A stretch of 64,000 bases of DNA from Antedon mediterranea. Lineage: Eukaryota; Animalia; Echinodermata. This document shows positions 1 to 13,297 of this stretch, in pieces. Below the pieces are notes generated by a model. It was not told where the DNA came from and made no database searches. It worked only from the letters and a program-made list of their open reading frames with translations. The translations under genes and the position numbers were made by a program. The stretch lies in contig NC_092679.1 in NCBI RefSeq assembly GCF_964355755.1, positions 15,731,432-15,795,431 of the forward strand, written 5' to 3'. The number at the start of each line of letters is the position of its first letter. Position 1 is the stretch's first letter.

Positions 1-1644
1 TTATTCAAATTAATTTCGTATACACGTACTAACAAATTGCTCCATCCGTTGAATACATTTTGTAATTTAAAGTCTCATATTCTTATAAATTAATTATCTT
101 TAATTTATACAAAATCTTATAACACCACCAATTTGTCTTTAGCAAAATTGAATTTATATTGAAGAACTATTTACCAAGCATAGGAACATTTATTTATCCA
201 ATTTTTATATTTTAAATTAAGTGTTTCTTTTTAAATAGTTGTAAGGATATATAATATTTTTTTGTCTGATTCTATACCATCTCAGTCCTTTAAATGTGGT
301 ATAATTTCATTCCTGGTTCAATGACTTGGAAAAAAAAAGAAACAAATTTATATAGGCCAGTATTTAAATAGGACAGCTTTCACTAATAAGCTAATGAATA
401 TTCATGAGGACAATGACTTTTTGTAGACAACCAGTTTTTTTTAAAGACATTTAATTTGCTCACTCCTGATTGCTATATTAAACTGTATTGAGTTGAAAAT
501 ATTTGTAAATAGGTCAACATTAAATAGGCTCATTCACAAACATTAACAGCCATTATGAAAATTTATGGAGATTGAGTTACTATACTGCCTCTAAAGTTGG
601 TCGGTTATAAACAATTAAACTATTTTGGATTGAAATGTTTGTGAATATGGGTCACTTTTAGATAGAACAGCATGACACCAACTTACTTTACTTTAAAAGT
701 AATGAAAATTAACGACCTCATCTGTGTAACATTTTTTTTTCAAAATCTTTAAGTTGGTCGTTTACGAAAAGGTTACGACTGTGTTGAATTAAAACTGTTT
801 TTATATATTGGAACAACATACACTAACGTTGAAAATTATTATGAAAATTTATGGGTACTGACTTTACCTATGCTTTTTTTTAACCTTTAAGTTGGTCATT
901 TATGAAAGGTTAAATAGTATTGGGAAAAAGGGTTTTCATGTCATGTTTTCATGAAACAGAATTCAGTAATATTTAACACAAACCGCTATTAAGGCCAATT
1001 TACAGATGAGTGGTAACGATAGCGGAAACCCCTGCATTTACCACTCGGCCACTTGACTTGACTAATTGAATCTTGAAGCAAACACAGACATTGACATTTT
1101 ATTTCTAAATTATATTGGTAATTACTTCATCAACAACCCTGCCTTTTGAAGACATTTAATTTGGTAATTGGCAAACATTAGACAGACCTGCATACAGCAA
1201 TAAAAAAAAAGTAATCATGAAACCAATCTTCTGTTTCAAATTTTTTTTAATCAAATTCAAAAAATTAAATCATCACATTAAAACATATAAAAAATCATGT
1301 TTGTTTCTACTTTGTAGTTAAATATCAATTTATATACATTTATGTCTTTTCTGTTACTTAGCATTGCTATAATATAATTATAATCATAGATTCATGTTGT
1401 TTTATTTTATATTACTGCAAGCGAGTATATTTTAAGATAAAGACAGAATAGAAAAGACAAATTAAAAATGGAACATAGAATATGAACATAACATTAACCA
1501 AGAACATCCAGTGTAACTGTTGAATCTTACAGAATATATATAGCATATAACACATTTCAATTCATAATTTCTATACTGAAAACATAATTTGATTAATCAT
1601 ATGACGTAATATATGTACTACATATAACAATGTAAAAATGAACA

Positions 1645-2585
1645 TAAATGAAGGTGTTCTATGTAAATTTAAAGGTGTTCCATATATAACAATGAAGGTT
1701 TTCTATAGGTAAAATTAAAGGTGTTCCATATAACAATAAAGGTGTTCTATAAGTAAAATTTGAAGGTGTTCCATATATAACGATGAAGGTACTCTATATG
1801 TAAAATTGAAGGAGTTCTATATGTAAAATTGAAGGAGTTCTATATGTAAAAATGAAGGTGTTCTATATTTAAAAATGAAGGTGTTCTATATAAAAATGAA
1901 GGTGTTCTATATGTAAAAATGAAGGTGTTCTATATGTAAAAATGAAGGTGTTCTATATGTAAAAATGAAGGTGTTCTATATAAAAATGAAGGTGTTCCAT
2001 ATATAAAAATGAAGGTGTTCCATATATAACAATAAAGGTGTTCTAACTGTATGTAAAATTGAAGTGTTCTATATACAAAAATGAAGGTGTTCTATATGTA
2101 AAAATGAAGGTGTTCTATATGTAAAAATGAAGGTGTTCAATATATAAAAATAAAGGTGTTCCATATATAACAATAAAGGTGTTCTATAACTGTATGTAAA
2201 ATTGAAGTGTTCTATATGTAAAAATGAAGGTGTTCTATATGTAAAAATGAAGATGTTCTATATGTAAAAATGAAGGTGTTCTATATGTAAAAATGAAGGT
2301 GTTCTATATGTAAAAATAAAGGTGTTCTATATGTAAAAATGAAGATGTTCTATATGTAAAAATGAAGGTGTTCTATATGTAAAAATGAAGATGTTCTAAA
2401 TGTTAAAATGAAGGTGTTCTATATGTAAAAATGAAGGTGTTCTATATGTAAAAATGAAGGTGTTCTATATGTAAAAATGAAGATGTTCTAAATGTTAAAA
2501 TGAAGGTGTTCTATATGTAAAAATGAAGGTGTTCTATATGTAAAAATGAAGGTGTTCTATATAAAAATGAAGGTATTCTATATAA
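1645..2585. repeat. 23-bp minisatellite (tatatgtaaaaatgaaggtgttc), roughly 40 copies
   Basis: Direct reading; degenerate at the left end, homogeneous at the right. Confidence 0.95.
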
Positions 2586-2791
2586 GTGTGGAATCATACT
2601 ATACTTAGCCATGGAATTATTCATTCATTCATTCACATTTCAGCAATATATATTTGTTATATACAATATTGCAGGGATTTAACAGAGAAAAGTTTCATAT
2701 ACAGTAATAATGAAAATGCTCTATCTATAATAACAAAGACGTTCAATACAAATACAAATAAACTGAAGAATCAACAGCATTGTTTACAAAC

Positions 2792-2902
2792 CTGCTTGTT
2801 CTTTGTCCACCTTTTCAAACAATTCTCTCCACGACGGCTCAACAAACATAGAATAATACTTTGTGTCAATAGCTCCCAGGTACTTCGCAAGAGATGAATT
2901 CC
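2792..2902 (-). CDS. PACS: PACS exon 14 (gene continues beyond window start)
   Basis: (G)NSSLAKYLGAIDTKYYSMFVEPSWRELFEKVDKEQA; TTTCAG acceptor, CAG|GTTTGT donor; 111 nt. Confidence 0.92.
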
Positions 2903-4902
2903 CTGAAATGGCAATTACAAGTTTGTTTTAATCAATAGTGATGATGATAACATCAGCACGTAGGAGGCTACTTGACTTTCTCATTTCTTCTTACGAGTTC
3001 ACTGACCAGCAGTAATAATAAGTGCCTCTAATAAAGGACAAAAGATTTATAAAAAAGACGTTAACGCAATATATGTACATATAAAATAATATTATCAAAT
3101 ACTTTAATTCTAAAAGTTGATATAACTAAATTAGAATCAACTTAATTAAAAATAAAAGTCAGTTCTAGATATTTGAGAAGGATAGAATTTTTATTTTATT
3201 CAATACACAGCCAACAGAAACAAAAACCTCCACGTATTAGCAACGAGGGCACATCCCCATATTTTAGTTTAAGTTTAGCTTTTTTCTCTCTTTTTGTATG
3301 TACAGCGCTTAGAGGTTTCACAACATTATGCACTTTATAAATCCACGACATATTATTATTAAAAGGCAGAGAAAAACAAAATAATAGAAATATTTTATCA
3401 TCAAACAAGTTTTACAATTTCAGATAAACTAGATAAAATATCAAATGTAACATTCTGATTTTATCAACTTTGTTTTCTAGAATTAATTTTAATCTTTGGA
3501 AATTATCAGAAAATAGTGATAAATAATGAGACTGTTTTAGCACAATACTGTTTTAGCACAATACTGTCTGAGCTCAAAATGTCAAATTTAAATATGAAAT
3601 TGTAACGTTCAAGAAATTAATTCAAGAAATGACAGTGTAAGGTTGATATAGAAGGTAATTAGTATGGTTTCAGACATTGTAATTGTATTCAGAATATGAG
3701 ATGGGTAAAATGTCATCCTCTGCTGAATTAGTTTGTTATCACATAAGGAGGAAATTGATTTGCTAAAGCCACTGAAAATAATTACAAGATTAAATCGTTA
3801 GAAGAGACTTTATCATATCATTAATATCCGTGATACAGTCTCCCAAAAAATTATATCAATTAAATCGAAAATTCAATTTAATTCAGTATAGTCAATTCAA
3901 TTCAATTCAGTTAACTTGTTGATTTGGAAATCATAAAAGTTAAAAATTTAAATTAGTTTATTTAAAATATGTTTACTTTTAATTTCTCGCTAGTTTTTTT
4001 TATATAAACATACAGAACTTCTTCTGCCTGTGGTGGGGTTTCTCTATATATACATATTTATACATTTACATATATATTATTTGTTTCTATTGCTGTTCCT
4101 TTGTAGCATAGCTCAAATCTTAAGGCTTGTAGCTTATTTTCATCTTCCTCCACACTTCTTTGCCATTCCATCATTTATTATTACTCTGTATTCAATGTTT
4201 AAATTAAGTGTGGAGAAACCAAATAAACAAATTAAAGATACGTCTATCACTGTTTTATAAAGGCTGAGTTCGTCTCTTCAGTCAATCTACGAATAGTTAG
4301 ATTTTCAAGATGCCGAAGCCTTATATTAAATTAGTAATGTCACTAATAATCAAGTGATTACCAACAAAATTCTTAGATAAATGCTCATAGAAACGTTCCA
4401 TAAATCAAAGGTCATCCTATCACATCAAATAAAAAATCAAAGAAAGTTTATTTGTTCAAAGACCAGAAATTACATTAAAAATATTTCATTAAATAATATT
4501 CACAAAAAATCCTATAAAATAGGCAAAAAAAATCATAATTCTGTTTTATCATCAAGTTTTTTTAATTAATTTTTTTTTATATCTATATACTCATCCAACA
4601 GCGAGCACAATTACAGGATGGATAAACAATTTTATAGTTTATCATTAGGTCATTGCGACCAAAAATATTTTTCTCTCCTTAAAGATGTATTGTCGTCCCT
4701 TTTAAAAATTACAAAATAAATGGTTAAATCCAATCAAAAACCCATAGGCTGGCAGCCAATTTGACTATTCTCTGCTTATAAATTACAGTTTTTTCAGGTA
4801 AATAAATTTTCAATCCAATTTTTGGATAACTATTGACATTAAAATGGTATATTCAAGAAATATTTTTTAAGGAGGACAATACATATGCTGCGGATAACTT
4901 AC

Positions 4903-5057
4903 CTAGAGGTATAATGTAGAAACAGACATATTTTTGCCAGTCGGGCGATTTTGTTGCGAATTGTTCAACGTACGGCCTGAGTACAGTACCAACATACCCT
5001 AACCCTCCGCAGATCACCAGTTTAATTGTCTGGGGTACTTTGGGGTTTTGATTACAG
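4903..5057 (-). CDS. PACS: PACS exon 13
   Basis: CNQNPKVPQTIKLVICGGLGYVGTVLRPYVEQFATKSPDWQKYVCFYIIPL(G); VEQ...K.PDW and IPLG motifs; 155 nt. Confidence 0.94.
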
Positions 5058-5113
5058 CTACAAGAACAAATATTAAATTAGTAAACAAATGTAGATATTA
5101 TTATTATTACTAT

Positions 5114-5185
5114 TTCTCGTTGGTCTACAGGTATGAACGTCATGCTAATGAGCTGGAGGTTGTGGGTTAGACTCCCACCCGAGAA
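5114..5185 (+). mobile_element. tRNA-derived SINE head or tRNA pseudogene (tRNA-Pro-like 5' end)
   Basis: TTCTCG/CGAGAA acceptor-like stem; CTCGTTGGTCTA..GGTATGA A-box region; T-arm GTGGG-TTAGACT-CCCAC with mutated loop; no valid anticodon arm. Confidence 0.55.
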
Positions 5186-5379
5186 TTACTTGCGATTTTT
5201 GTTGTTCTCAATGTACTTAGTATAAAGTACAAAATTACGTCAGAGTAGGGAAAAACATTTGACCCATTACTATTTATTTTACTTTTTTATATTTATCAAA
5301 GACTTGGTATTGTAATTAAAAATTCGTTGGTTCACTTCAATTCATCTTTTTTTATCTTTCAAAAGTAATGTTTACTTAC

Positions 5380-5486
5380 AATTTTTGAATTTTTGTGACT
5401 AAAAACACCATTGTATCTTCAACATCAGCATTTGAAAATGTGCATACAACTCGGTGGTTCTCCTGTTGTAACTTGTGAGAGAGAAC
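5380..5486 (-). CDS. PACS: PACS exon 12
   Basis: VLSHKLQQENHRVVCTFSNADVEDTMVFLVTKIQK(F); TAG acceptor, GTAAGT donor; 107 nt. Confidence 0.92.
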
Positions 5487-6123
5487 CTACCAACAAAAAA
5501 TATTTTGTCTATTTTTACCTACAGAAAATACTAAAGATTAATTATACATTTAACAATAGCAAATATTGTCCCGTAAGTTACCCTGCATGATTCTCAAATT
5601 TGTTTGAGTGTGAACAGGAAGATATGTTGAGAATGTTATTTTAAAAACACATAAAGTGCATGGTTTAAAGAGGCCAATATTTAAAGGAAATTACACATTT
5701 TCAACTATTAAACAGAGGTGGCAGTTATGTTTAATACAGGTGGCACTTGCTCTTAATATAGTATATAATTTCCTTCAAATGACCCAAATTTGAAATACGG
5801 CCGTATAAAAAACCAAACATTAATTCAGCTAAAAATATTTGACTACCTGATTTAAAGAAAATTACATAGTTTTCAACTAAACACAGGTGGTACCTATGTC
5901 TAATACAGGTGGCACTTGCTCTTAATAGTTTCTTAAGTCTATAATTTCCTTCAGAATGATTAAATATATGAATAAAAGTCATTTTCGATTCAACATGATA
6001 CTATATATAAGTCTCAAACTTCTGCTAAGGAAATGAGCATGGAAATGACCATACTGATGTTAAGAGTACTAGCATTAAAATAGCATTTTCTATTTAACAG
6101 TTTAAGTCTATAAAACATTGAGT

Positions 6124-6999
6124 GAGTGGGCCGAGTTGTAAGATAGGTGCACTGCAAACCAAATACCGCTCCCCCCACCCCCACCCAAAACATGAAGAGT
6201 GGGCCGAGTTGTAAGATAGGTGCACTGCAAACCAAATACCGCTTCCCCCACCCCCACCCAAAACATGAAGAGTGGGCCGAGTTGTAAGATAGGTGCACTG
6301 CAAACCAAATACCGCTTCCCCCACCCCCACCCAAAACATGAAGAGTGGGCCGAGTTGTAAGATAGGTGCACTGCAAACCAAATACCGCTCCCCCCACCTT
6401 CACCCAAAACATGAAGAGTGGGCCGAGTTGTAAGATAGGTGCACTGCAAACCAAATACCGCTTCCCCCACCCCCACCCAAAACATGAAGAGTGGGCCGAG
6501 TTGTAAGATAGGTGCACTGCAAACCAAATACCGCTTCCCCCACCCCCACCCAAAACATGAAGAGTGGGCCGAGTTGTAAGATAGGTGCACTGCAAACCAA
6601 ATACCGCTTCCCCCACCCCCACCCAAAACATGAAGAGTGGGCCGAGTTGTAAGATAGGTGCACTGCAAACCAAATACCGCTTCCCCCACCCCCACCCAAA
6701 ACATGAAGAGTGGGCCGAGTTGTAAGATAGGTGCACTGCAAACCAAATACCGCTTCCCCCACCCCCACCCAAAACATGAAGAGTGGGCCGAGTTGTAAGA
6801 TAGGTGCACTGCAAACCAAATACCGCTTCCCCCACCCCCACCCAAAACATGAAGAGTGGGCCGAGTTGTAAGATAGGTGCACTGCAAACCAAATACCGCT
6901 TCCCCCACCCCCACCCAAAACATGAAGAGTGGGCCGAGTTGTAAGATAGGTGCACTGCAAACCAAATACCGCTTCCCCCACCCCCACCCAAAACATGAA
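6124..6999. repeat. 73-bp minisatellite, 12 near-identical copies
   Basis: Unit gagtgggccgagttgtaagataggtgcactgcaaaccaaataccgcttcccccacccccacccaaaacatgaa; period 73 checked at 6124/6197 and 6781/6854. Confidence 0.97.
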
Positions 7000-7352
7000 G
7001 ATTAATCAAATCAGATTGAATATGCCATTGTAATTTTAATAAAGTTAAACGGTTATAATCATCCGAAAACCAACAGGCTGGGAACCAATTTGACTATTTT
7101 TTGCTTTAAATTACAGTATTTTCAGGTAAATAATTTGAATACATTTTTTTTATCTACTATTATGGAGCAACAAAATTGCATATTCAACAACAAAAGTGTA
7201 ACAAAAATTTTTTTCAGGGGGACAATATAGCTTAACATAACATTAGGTACAATGGTTTGTTTATATGGTACCATAGCAACAGTGAACAACACAGGATAGA
7301 ATGTAAATAAGTACTCAATAACAAGATAAACAAATAAGATGCATTATTCTAC

Positions 7353-7457
7353 CTGGCCCTGCCATTCGGTTGAGTTGACTAAAATGAACTTCTCTGGTAT
7401 ACGGTCGTTGTGTGGCCATAGTAACGATAAACGGTCAGCTAGTGATTTGCGTGCTTC
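7353..7457 (-). CDS. PACS: PACS exon 11
   Basis: EARKSLADRLSLLWPHNDRIPEKFILVNSTEWQGQ (PE..ILVN...WQGQ motif); 105 nt. Confidence 0.93.
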
Positions 7458-8652
7458 CTGTGAAACAAATAACATATATCATTTAAGAAAAAAAATTCAG
7501 AGTTCGGTCTCAATTTTCTTTCTCATAGACTTTATATTCACTTTTTATAAAATATTGTTTATTTCGTTACAACGTTTAAAATATATATTGTGAATGTACT
7601 AACTATTGTTTTTGTTTCTGTGTACCGCATTTTTGTTTAAATATTTATTTTTACTTCCTTCAAATTATATTATATAATACTTATTTTCAAACATTATCGT
7701 TATTCAAATAAAAAGAACTTCTGGTTTCACTGACTGGGAAAGGGTACAATTCACTGTTTGTTTTGAAAGCCTTTAGTGCATAAAGATTTGTACACTTTAT
7801 AGTATGATTTACATTTTGCACCACAAAAATGTCTGTAATTGCATACATCTTAAACATTAACACAGTTCAAAGTTTTAATATAAAGTTAATGAAACATTGT
7901 TAACCACACATCATCATTATTTATTAGGTTGAGACATCATCAATTTAACAGTCTATGTCTAGACATAATACAATTGTCTTTAAAACCTGAAAAGTGGATG
8001 AAATATTATTAGAATTAGGTCTGAAGCACATTTCTTTACTTTTAGGGTTTAGACATGAATACATAATCATAGGTAAAAATGTATGCTCAGGGCAATCATA
8101 CATCAATTGTTTATTTATCAGACACTCGGAAATATTTACCAAACTATAGTACATTATCGTCCATAAAACTTAAGTTAAATGAAATTTTTGAAGATTATTA
8201 ATCAATTATTATTAATATTATTATAATATTTCATGAGGCACTACTACTGTTACTAGATGAGGCTAATGTTAGCCTGTAGCCAGTGAGTTTCCAAGGGTTC
8301 TAACAAACTCCACTCAGAGTGCCCTAAACAAAAAACCAATTAAATTAGCCTAGCTAATATTGTTTGTCCCCTTTTTGAAAACAATTAACCTCTTTCTGTA
8401 CTAGTTTATGACATCATGAGGGTGGAATTTTCTCTCAGTTATTACAGTATAATTTTTTTAGTAATTGGTCGTACAGGCCTCGGAAAAAGTAGTGTAATAA
8501 CTTGAAGAGCTAACTAAAGAAATGGAATTAAAATGTCCAGACACAATCAAGGTCCAGAAACCAATAATACATATAATATTCTAGGTCCAGATATTCCCAA
8601 TATAGCCTAATTCAGTCCATATTTAATTTATATATAAACAATAACAACAAAC

Positions 8653-8859
8653 CTCTTGGGTATGATCCGAGTAGTTAAGGCTATTGCTTCGATACGTCTG
8701 TCTATGGCCATGTTTTTCTTTGGAAGATGGCCGAGACCTATTAATATCTTTATGCGATGAATTTGGTGCGTTTGATGATGATAATGCCAGCGTTCCAGTT
8801 GAAACAGATTTAGGAGGAGGTTGCTCAATCAGATGTAAACCCTCATCCGATGATTTATC
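8653..8859 (-). CDS. PACS: PACS exon 10 (Ser-rich middle region)
   Basis: Open 69 codons DKSSDEGLHLIEQPPPKS...YRSNSLNYSDHTQE; CAG acceptor, GAG|GTTTGT donor; RSNSL resembles the PACS2 phospho-motif region. Confidence 0.82.
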
Positions 8860-9068
8860 CTGATTACATTAAGAAAAAATAAACAATGTATTATCACATT
8901 TGAAATTACAAATAAGTTTGATAATAAATGTCCTCAACAGTAAAGCTTGGTTAATGCAATGACCAATTGGGATGACCCATTGATTGTGATTGGTCATAAT
9001 ACTTGCATCATGCTTATTTCCTTGCATTATGTCTTTGGAACGAGCATATTCAATCACACAAATATTAA

Positions 9069-9381
9069 AGATGTATTGCCCCCTTAACAAATTTTTTTTC
9101 TAATATTCCATTTTAATGTAATATAATAGTTATTCACTTTGACAAAAAATTGGATTGGAAAAAAATGTACTTAACTGGAAAAATGTAATTTAAAGCAAAA
9201 AAATGGCAAAAAATTGGCTGCCAGCCAATGGATTTTTGGTTGAATTTTACCATTTATTTTGTCATTTTTTAAGTGAAACCATGGTTTTTTTTCTATTGAA
9301 GTGATTAACTTGATTAAAACTACAAAATAACATAATAATAATTAATCTTCATTTTTCATGTTTTTTGGGGACAATACATCT
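9069..9381. mobile_element. Kolobok-like MITE (related copies about 4683-4885, 6985-7232, 10915-11060, 25128-25445, 43018-43048, 43820-44282)
   Basis: TTAA|AGATGTATTG...CAATACATCT|TTAA; TTAA TSD with AG..CT termini; shared internal ggctggcagccaatttgacta/aattacagttttttcaggtaaat. Confidence 0.8.
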
Positions 9382-10214
9382 TTAAGTATTTCACTTAACT
9401 CGATTAATATTTAAGTATTTCCGTTAAATTTTATTCACTTAGATAGGAGATTTTTTTTAATTGTAAGTGTTATCCCTATTAGTGTGAATAGTGAACACTG
9501 CAAGTGTACAAACTACATTATTGTGGCATTAAATAGTTATGGGCTGTTGATTGTAGATCAAAAATTAAGGCAAGCTAAATTAAAACATCCAAGTTTTAAA
9601 AACAACAAAAATATATTATTTTGTAACCATTAATTTTAAACAAAGCAGCTACGATAATTTGGTTTCATATTTGAATCTTAAAAACAATTGTTTAAGATGT
9701 GAATTTCTCTCATGTTTAAATGTCACATTAGCATGAGTCTTCTACATCTACGCGTTCTGCTACCAATTTTTCTAATTATATGTTGCGTGTTTATGGGAAC
9801 CCTTATTTAAGTGTAAGCCTTGTTTTATACGAGATGGTAATAAAAACTATGTCGTAAACAAATGTCAGGAAGGTCAATAAAATTGCAAGGTAGCCACGAT
9901 TTAATTTTAGTATTTAGGAAAATTAAAAATAATTGGCGTTTGACATGCACAAATCTTTGTTATTCATGATTTTCGTACTCCTACATGTAGTACATAAAGA
10001 GCTCCTACAACTACGAGGTAACGGAGCGTGACATCCGTGTTAACAAACCAATCAGTGCTTATTATACAACTTCCTCAATTTGTAAGCATACACAGATTTT
10101 CATTAATACTTAATATTTCTTCATAATCATTGTTTCTGCATATCACAATAATGAAGGTCATAAGACTACACAGAAACAGAAGGTAGTTAAAAAATCTGCA
10201 TGCTAAATAACTAA

Positions 10215-10852
10215 GACCCCATTTACACTTACGATTTAGGACCCTGGGTCGGCAATTGATAAGTGTAAATACTCCAAAAAGTTAGGCCGGCCCTGGGCCG
10301 GACGCAGATCTGGGCCACCTCTCCAGGTAGGTTCAGGAGCGGCTTTTACGTTTGGGCCGGCTTACGCAGTGAACCGTGAACAACGTTTGACCTTTTTATG
10401 AGGTTGTTGTTATGACGATCCGACATTCTCAGTACATACCGTCCTCCTTTTCGGGCAACAATTTGTTTTCTTCATCATTTATATAGTTAAATTTATTTTC
10501 AGATATCTTCTTTCAATAAAGTATTCCTCCGCTTGTTTCGCATATACATAAAATACAGCCATATTATATATAAAACAGTGGGGTTCATTTTGTTTTTAAT
10601 GGGACAAAAAACAACAATACAGTATAAATATAAAGCGGTCGGTTCGCGCGGAGAGTTGAATTGACGATCGAGAGAGAAAAATGTAAACAAACTGTACTTT
10701 GTATCCCAGCATGCAATGGTACTTCCGATAAAATTATTTACGACCAGTAATCTGCGTCGCTAGTGTAAACGCTCTGGGGCCGGCCTAAAAGGTAAATATT
10801 TGCAACCGGCCCAGGACCGGCCCTGGACCCAAACGTAAGTGTAAATGGGGTC
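10215..10852. mobile_element. PIF/Harbinger-like MITE
   Basis: TIR GACCCCATTTACACTTACG / CGTAAGTGTAAATGGGGTC; TAA/TTA flanks; GC-rich subterminal repeats. Confidence 0.85.
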
Positions 10853-11116
10853 TTATATGTTTTTATTCCACAATTTGCCCAGTCAATTTGAAATATGGAG
10901 GAAAAGGGGTGGAGGGGGATGTTTTCACTTATAAAAATGACCCAAAAAAATGGATAAATTCAACCAAAATCCCGTTGGCTGGCCAATTTGACTTTGACTT
11001 TAAATTACAGTTTTTAATGTAAATCAATTTAAAAAATGTTTAAAGAAATACAATACATCTTTAACATGATTAAAAGTTTAAGGGTGTGTGCTTATACCAA
11101 GTGCTGTGTTACCCAC

Positions 11117-11222
11117 CTCTGACTCTTGGTTGAACCCATTTTCCGAAGTCTTGGAAACATTTCCTTTATCCATTACTTCAGCCTCGAATCCAGACGTAGG
11201 AATACCTTGTGAAAAGAAAGGC
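11117..11222 (-). CDS. PACS: PACS exon 9
   Basis: (R)PFFSQGIPTSGFEAEVMDKGNVSKTSENGFNQESE; CGTAG acceptor; GAG|GTGGGT donor chosen because it gives the phase 0 needed by exon 10. Confidence 0.82.
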
Positions 11223-11715
11223 CTACGGGAAGAAAGAGCAATGATGGGAAATGTCATTAAATTACACACGCTATACGCACACCAATATTCATATACGGTA
11301 GTTAATATTGATTTAATATTTGGGTTATATAATAGCCTTTATGAAAAACAAACATAATGGCCTTATTGTATCATAAAGATGAATAGAATGGTATTATTAT
11401 TCTTGCCAAGTGCAGCATGTAATTGGAATCGTGATGTATCAACAATTTAATTAAAACCCATTAAATATTTGTACTTACTAGGACAGAAAATGTTAGTTAC
11501 TGGTTCAGGAATAAATCATATGTTAAATGGCATAACTATACTACATGCCAACAGTATTAGAAATTAAGTTGTCACCCCTAACTTTAAACTAAAAACTAAA
11601 AAAAACATACTAGCTGAAATGCAACATCTACTATTAAAGATATCGATTATTTTATTGTTGTTTTTCTAAGTTGTATCACTAAATCTACTACGAAAAGATA
11701 GGTAAATGTTATCAC

Positions 11716-11933
11716 CTTAAAACTGGTTTAGGAGTAGATTCAATACTGACATCATCCAATTCTAACTCGGGTTCACTATCACTCATATTCAACTCGTCTA
11801 GATCACCATAGAGGGAGTCATCATCTGCGTTCGGTGCTTGTCCTGGAAACGTGTACTGATCCGTATCGCTCTCATCACTTGCGACTTTCAGTCGCTTTAA
11901 AAGGTTGATAAACTTTTGTTTTAGATTCCGTTG
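11716..11933 (-). CDS. PACS: PACS exon 8
   Basis: QRNLKQKFINLLKRLKVASDE...SIESTPKPVL(R) matches PACS N.KQKF..LLKR.KV and STPKP.L; 218 nt, phase 2. Confidence 0.94.
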
Positions 11934-12315
11934 CTGCAAAGGGAATATATTAGAAATTTTAATTAATTTCTATTTTTAAAAGCCATAAATTTGAAGAATA
12001 TATTTTATCATTTCTAATCACCAGTCCACTACAGTTTTTGAGTGGATGCTGGCCCTCTCACCTTTTGACCACATAAAAAGCAGCAAATTCGAGCTCTTGA
12101 AATATTAATTAAATTAATTATAATAATTAATGTATTAATTTACCTTGTACAAAATGGGAAATATAACAAAAAAATTAAATTCTTTTTAATTTTTTATTTA
12201 TTTTTTTTTTTAACACTACGGCCAACCATGATAAACCCCTATTATATTAAGTGGACATTTGTTTATCTAGAGGATGTCCCTTTAATATGGTGCTACTGTA
12301 TTGTATTTTACTTAC

Positions 12316-12372
12316 CCTATTAGCTATCTGTTTAGTCCTACTACTTTTGGCATCTTCTTCAACATCGAGATC
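12316..12372 (-). CDS. PACS: PACS exon 7
   Basis: DLDVEEDAKSSRTKQIANR; TTTACAG acceptor, AGG|GTAAGT donor; 57 nt. Confidence 0.85.
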
Positions 12373-12941
12373 CTGTAAATAAAACATAATTATATGAAAA
12401 TATATTGTTCATTTAAAAAAAATTAAACTGTTGATTTTCATCACAAAATGTATGAAGTTATTTAAAAAGTTTCAATGGTACTACCAACAATTCAAAAACA
12501 ATTATTTGCTAGAATCAATAAAGACTACAGTTACATGTTCTCTAATTGTGTGAATTTTTGTTCGTGTGTGTGCAGAAAAAAAATTTTAAACAAACACATT
12601 GAACCTAGAAATGAATTATGTACAAATCGATATGATTTTCTCTCATTCTAAGAACCTATATTTGCTTATTTATGGATATACAAGGTAGGTTTTTTAGACC
12701 ATCCAAAAAAAAAGTAAATATAATAACACAACTCTGTTTTTCTTCTTTAGAAATAAACAAACCTACAACTTGAAGGTTGTGGAAATTGTATAAAATATTT
12801 GAAAATAAATGGTAAGTTTTTAAAATTAAAGTTGATTTCCATGACAACTTGTACAATTCATTTGGCAACAAATGATAAGCCCACAAAGAAACAAAAGTTT
12901 ATCATTAGTAAAAAGGTTCATCTGGATCACTGTATAGTATA

Positions 12942-12992
12942 TTAAATAGTAAATTTTCTTTTGGATCATCCAAAAGAAAATTTACTATTTAA
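12942..12992. other. Perfect 51-bp palindrome
   Basis: 25-bp arms ttaaatagtaaattttcttttggat / atccaaaagaaaatttactatttaa with a 1-nt spacer. Confidence 0.95.
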
Positions 12993-13087
12993 AAGTTTAT
13001 CAATTTCACAGTAAAAGCTAAAAATATCCATATTTTTGACACTGTCTGTTATATTTTTATTTGGTTTTTTATAGATGTACCAGGATA

Positions 13088-13209
13088 GATTTTTTTAAAC
13101 ATACGGATTTTACTATAGTAACCCTTTGTCAGATACCAGGAAAGATTTTTTTGAAACATACGGATTTAACTATAGTAACCCTTTGTCAGATACCAGGAAA
13201 GATTTTTTT
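13088..13209. repeat. About 57-bp tandem duplication upstream of tetraspanin A
   Basis: aaacatacggattt.actatagtaaccctttgtcagataccaggaaagattttttt occurs twice. Confidence 0.9.
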
Positions 13210-13297
13210 AGTTTCCGTTATCGTAAACATATATTTAACATCCAATATAAAATAAAGTGCAGTACCGATTTATTTAGGAATAAACAAACACACGAAC

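Noticed and set aside
1-1640. Further PACS exon in the first 1.6 kb
   Set aside because: No PACS-like peptide with splice sites found; the region looks like degenerate repeats of about 170 bp
2586-2897. Plus-strand ORFs 2586-2897, 7339-7593 and 11088-11357
   Set aside because: Antisense to real PACS exons with AT-rich filler
5114-5185. Functional tRNA gene
   Set aside because: T-loop TTA instead of TTC, unpaired anticodon arm and acceptor-stem mismatch; kept only as a SINE/pseudogene
6124-6999. CRISPR-like array (also 15826-16192 and 56415-57385)
   Set aside because: No unique spacers, no cas genes, eukaryotic intron context
6014-7009. Overlapping minus-strand ORFs of 95-331 aa
   Set aside because: Artefact of a 73-bp repeat that lacks stops on that strand; the same peptide cycles through all three frames
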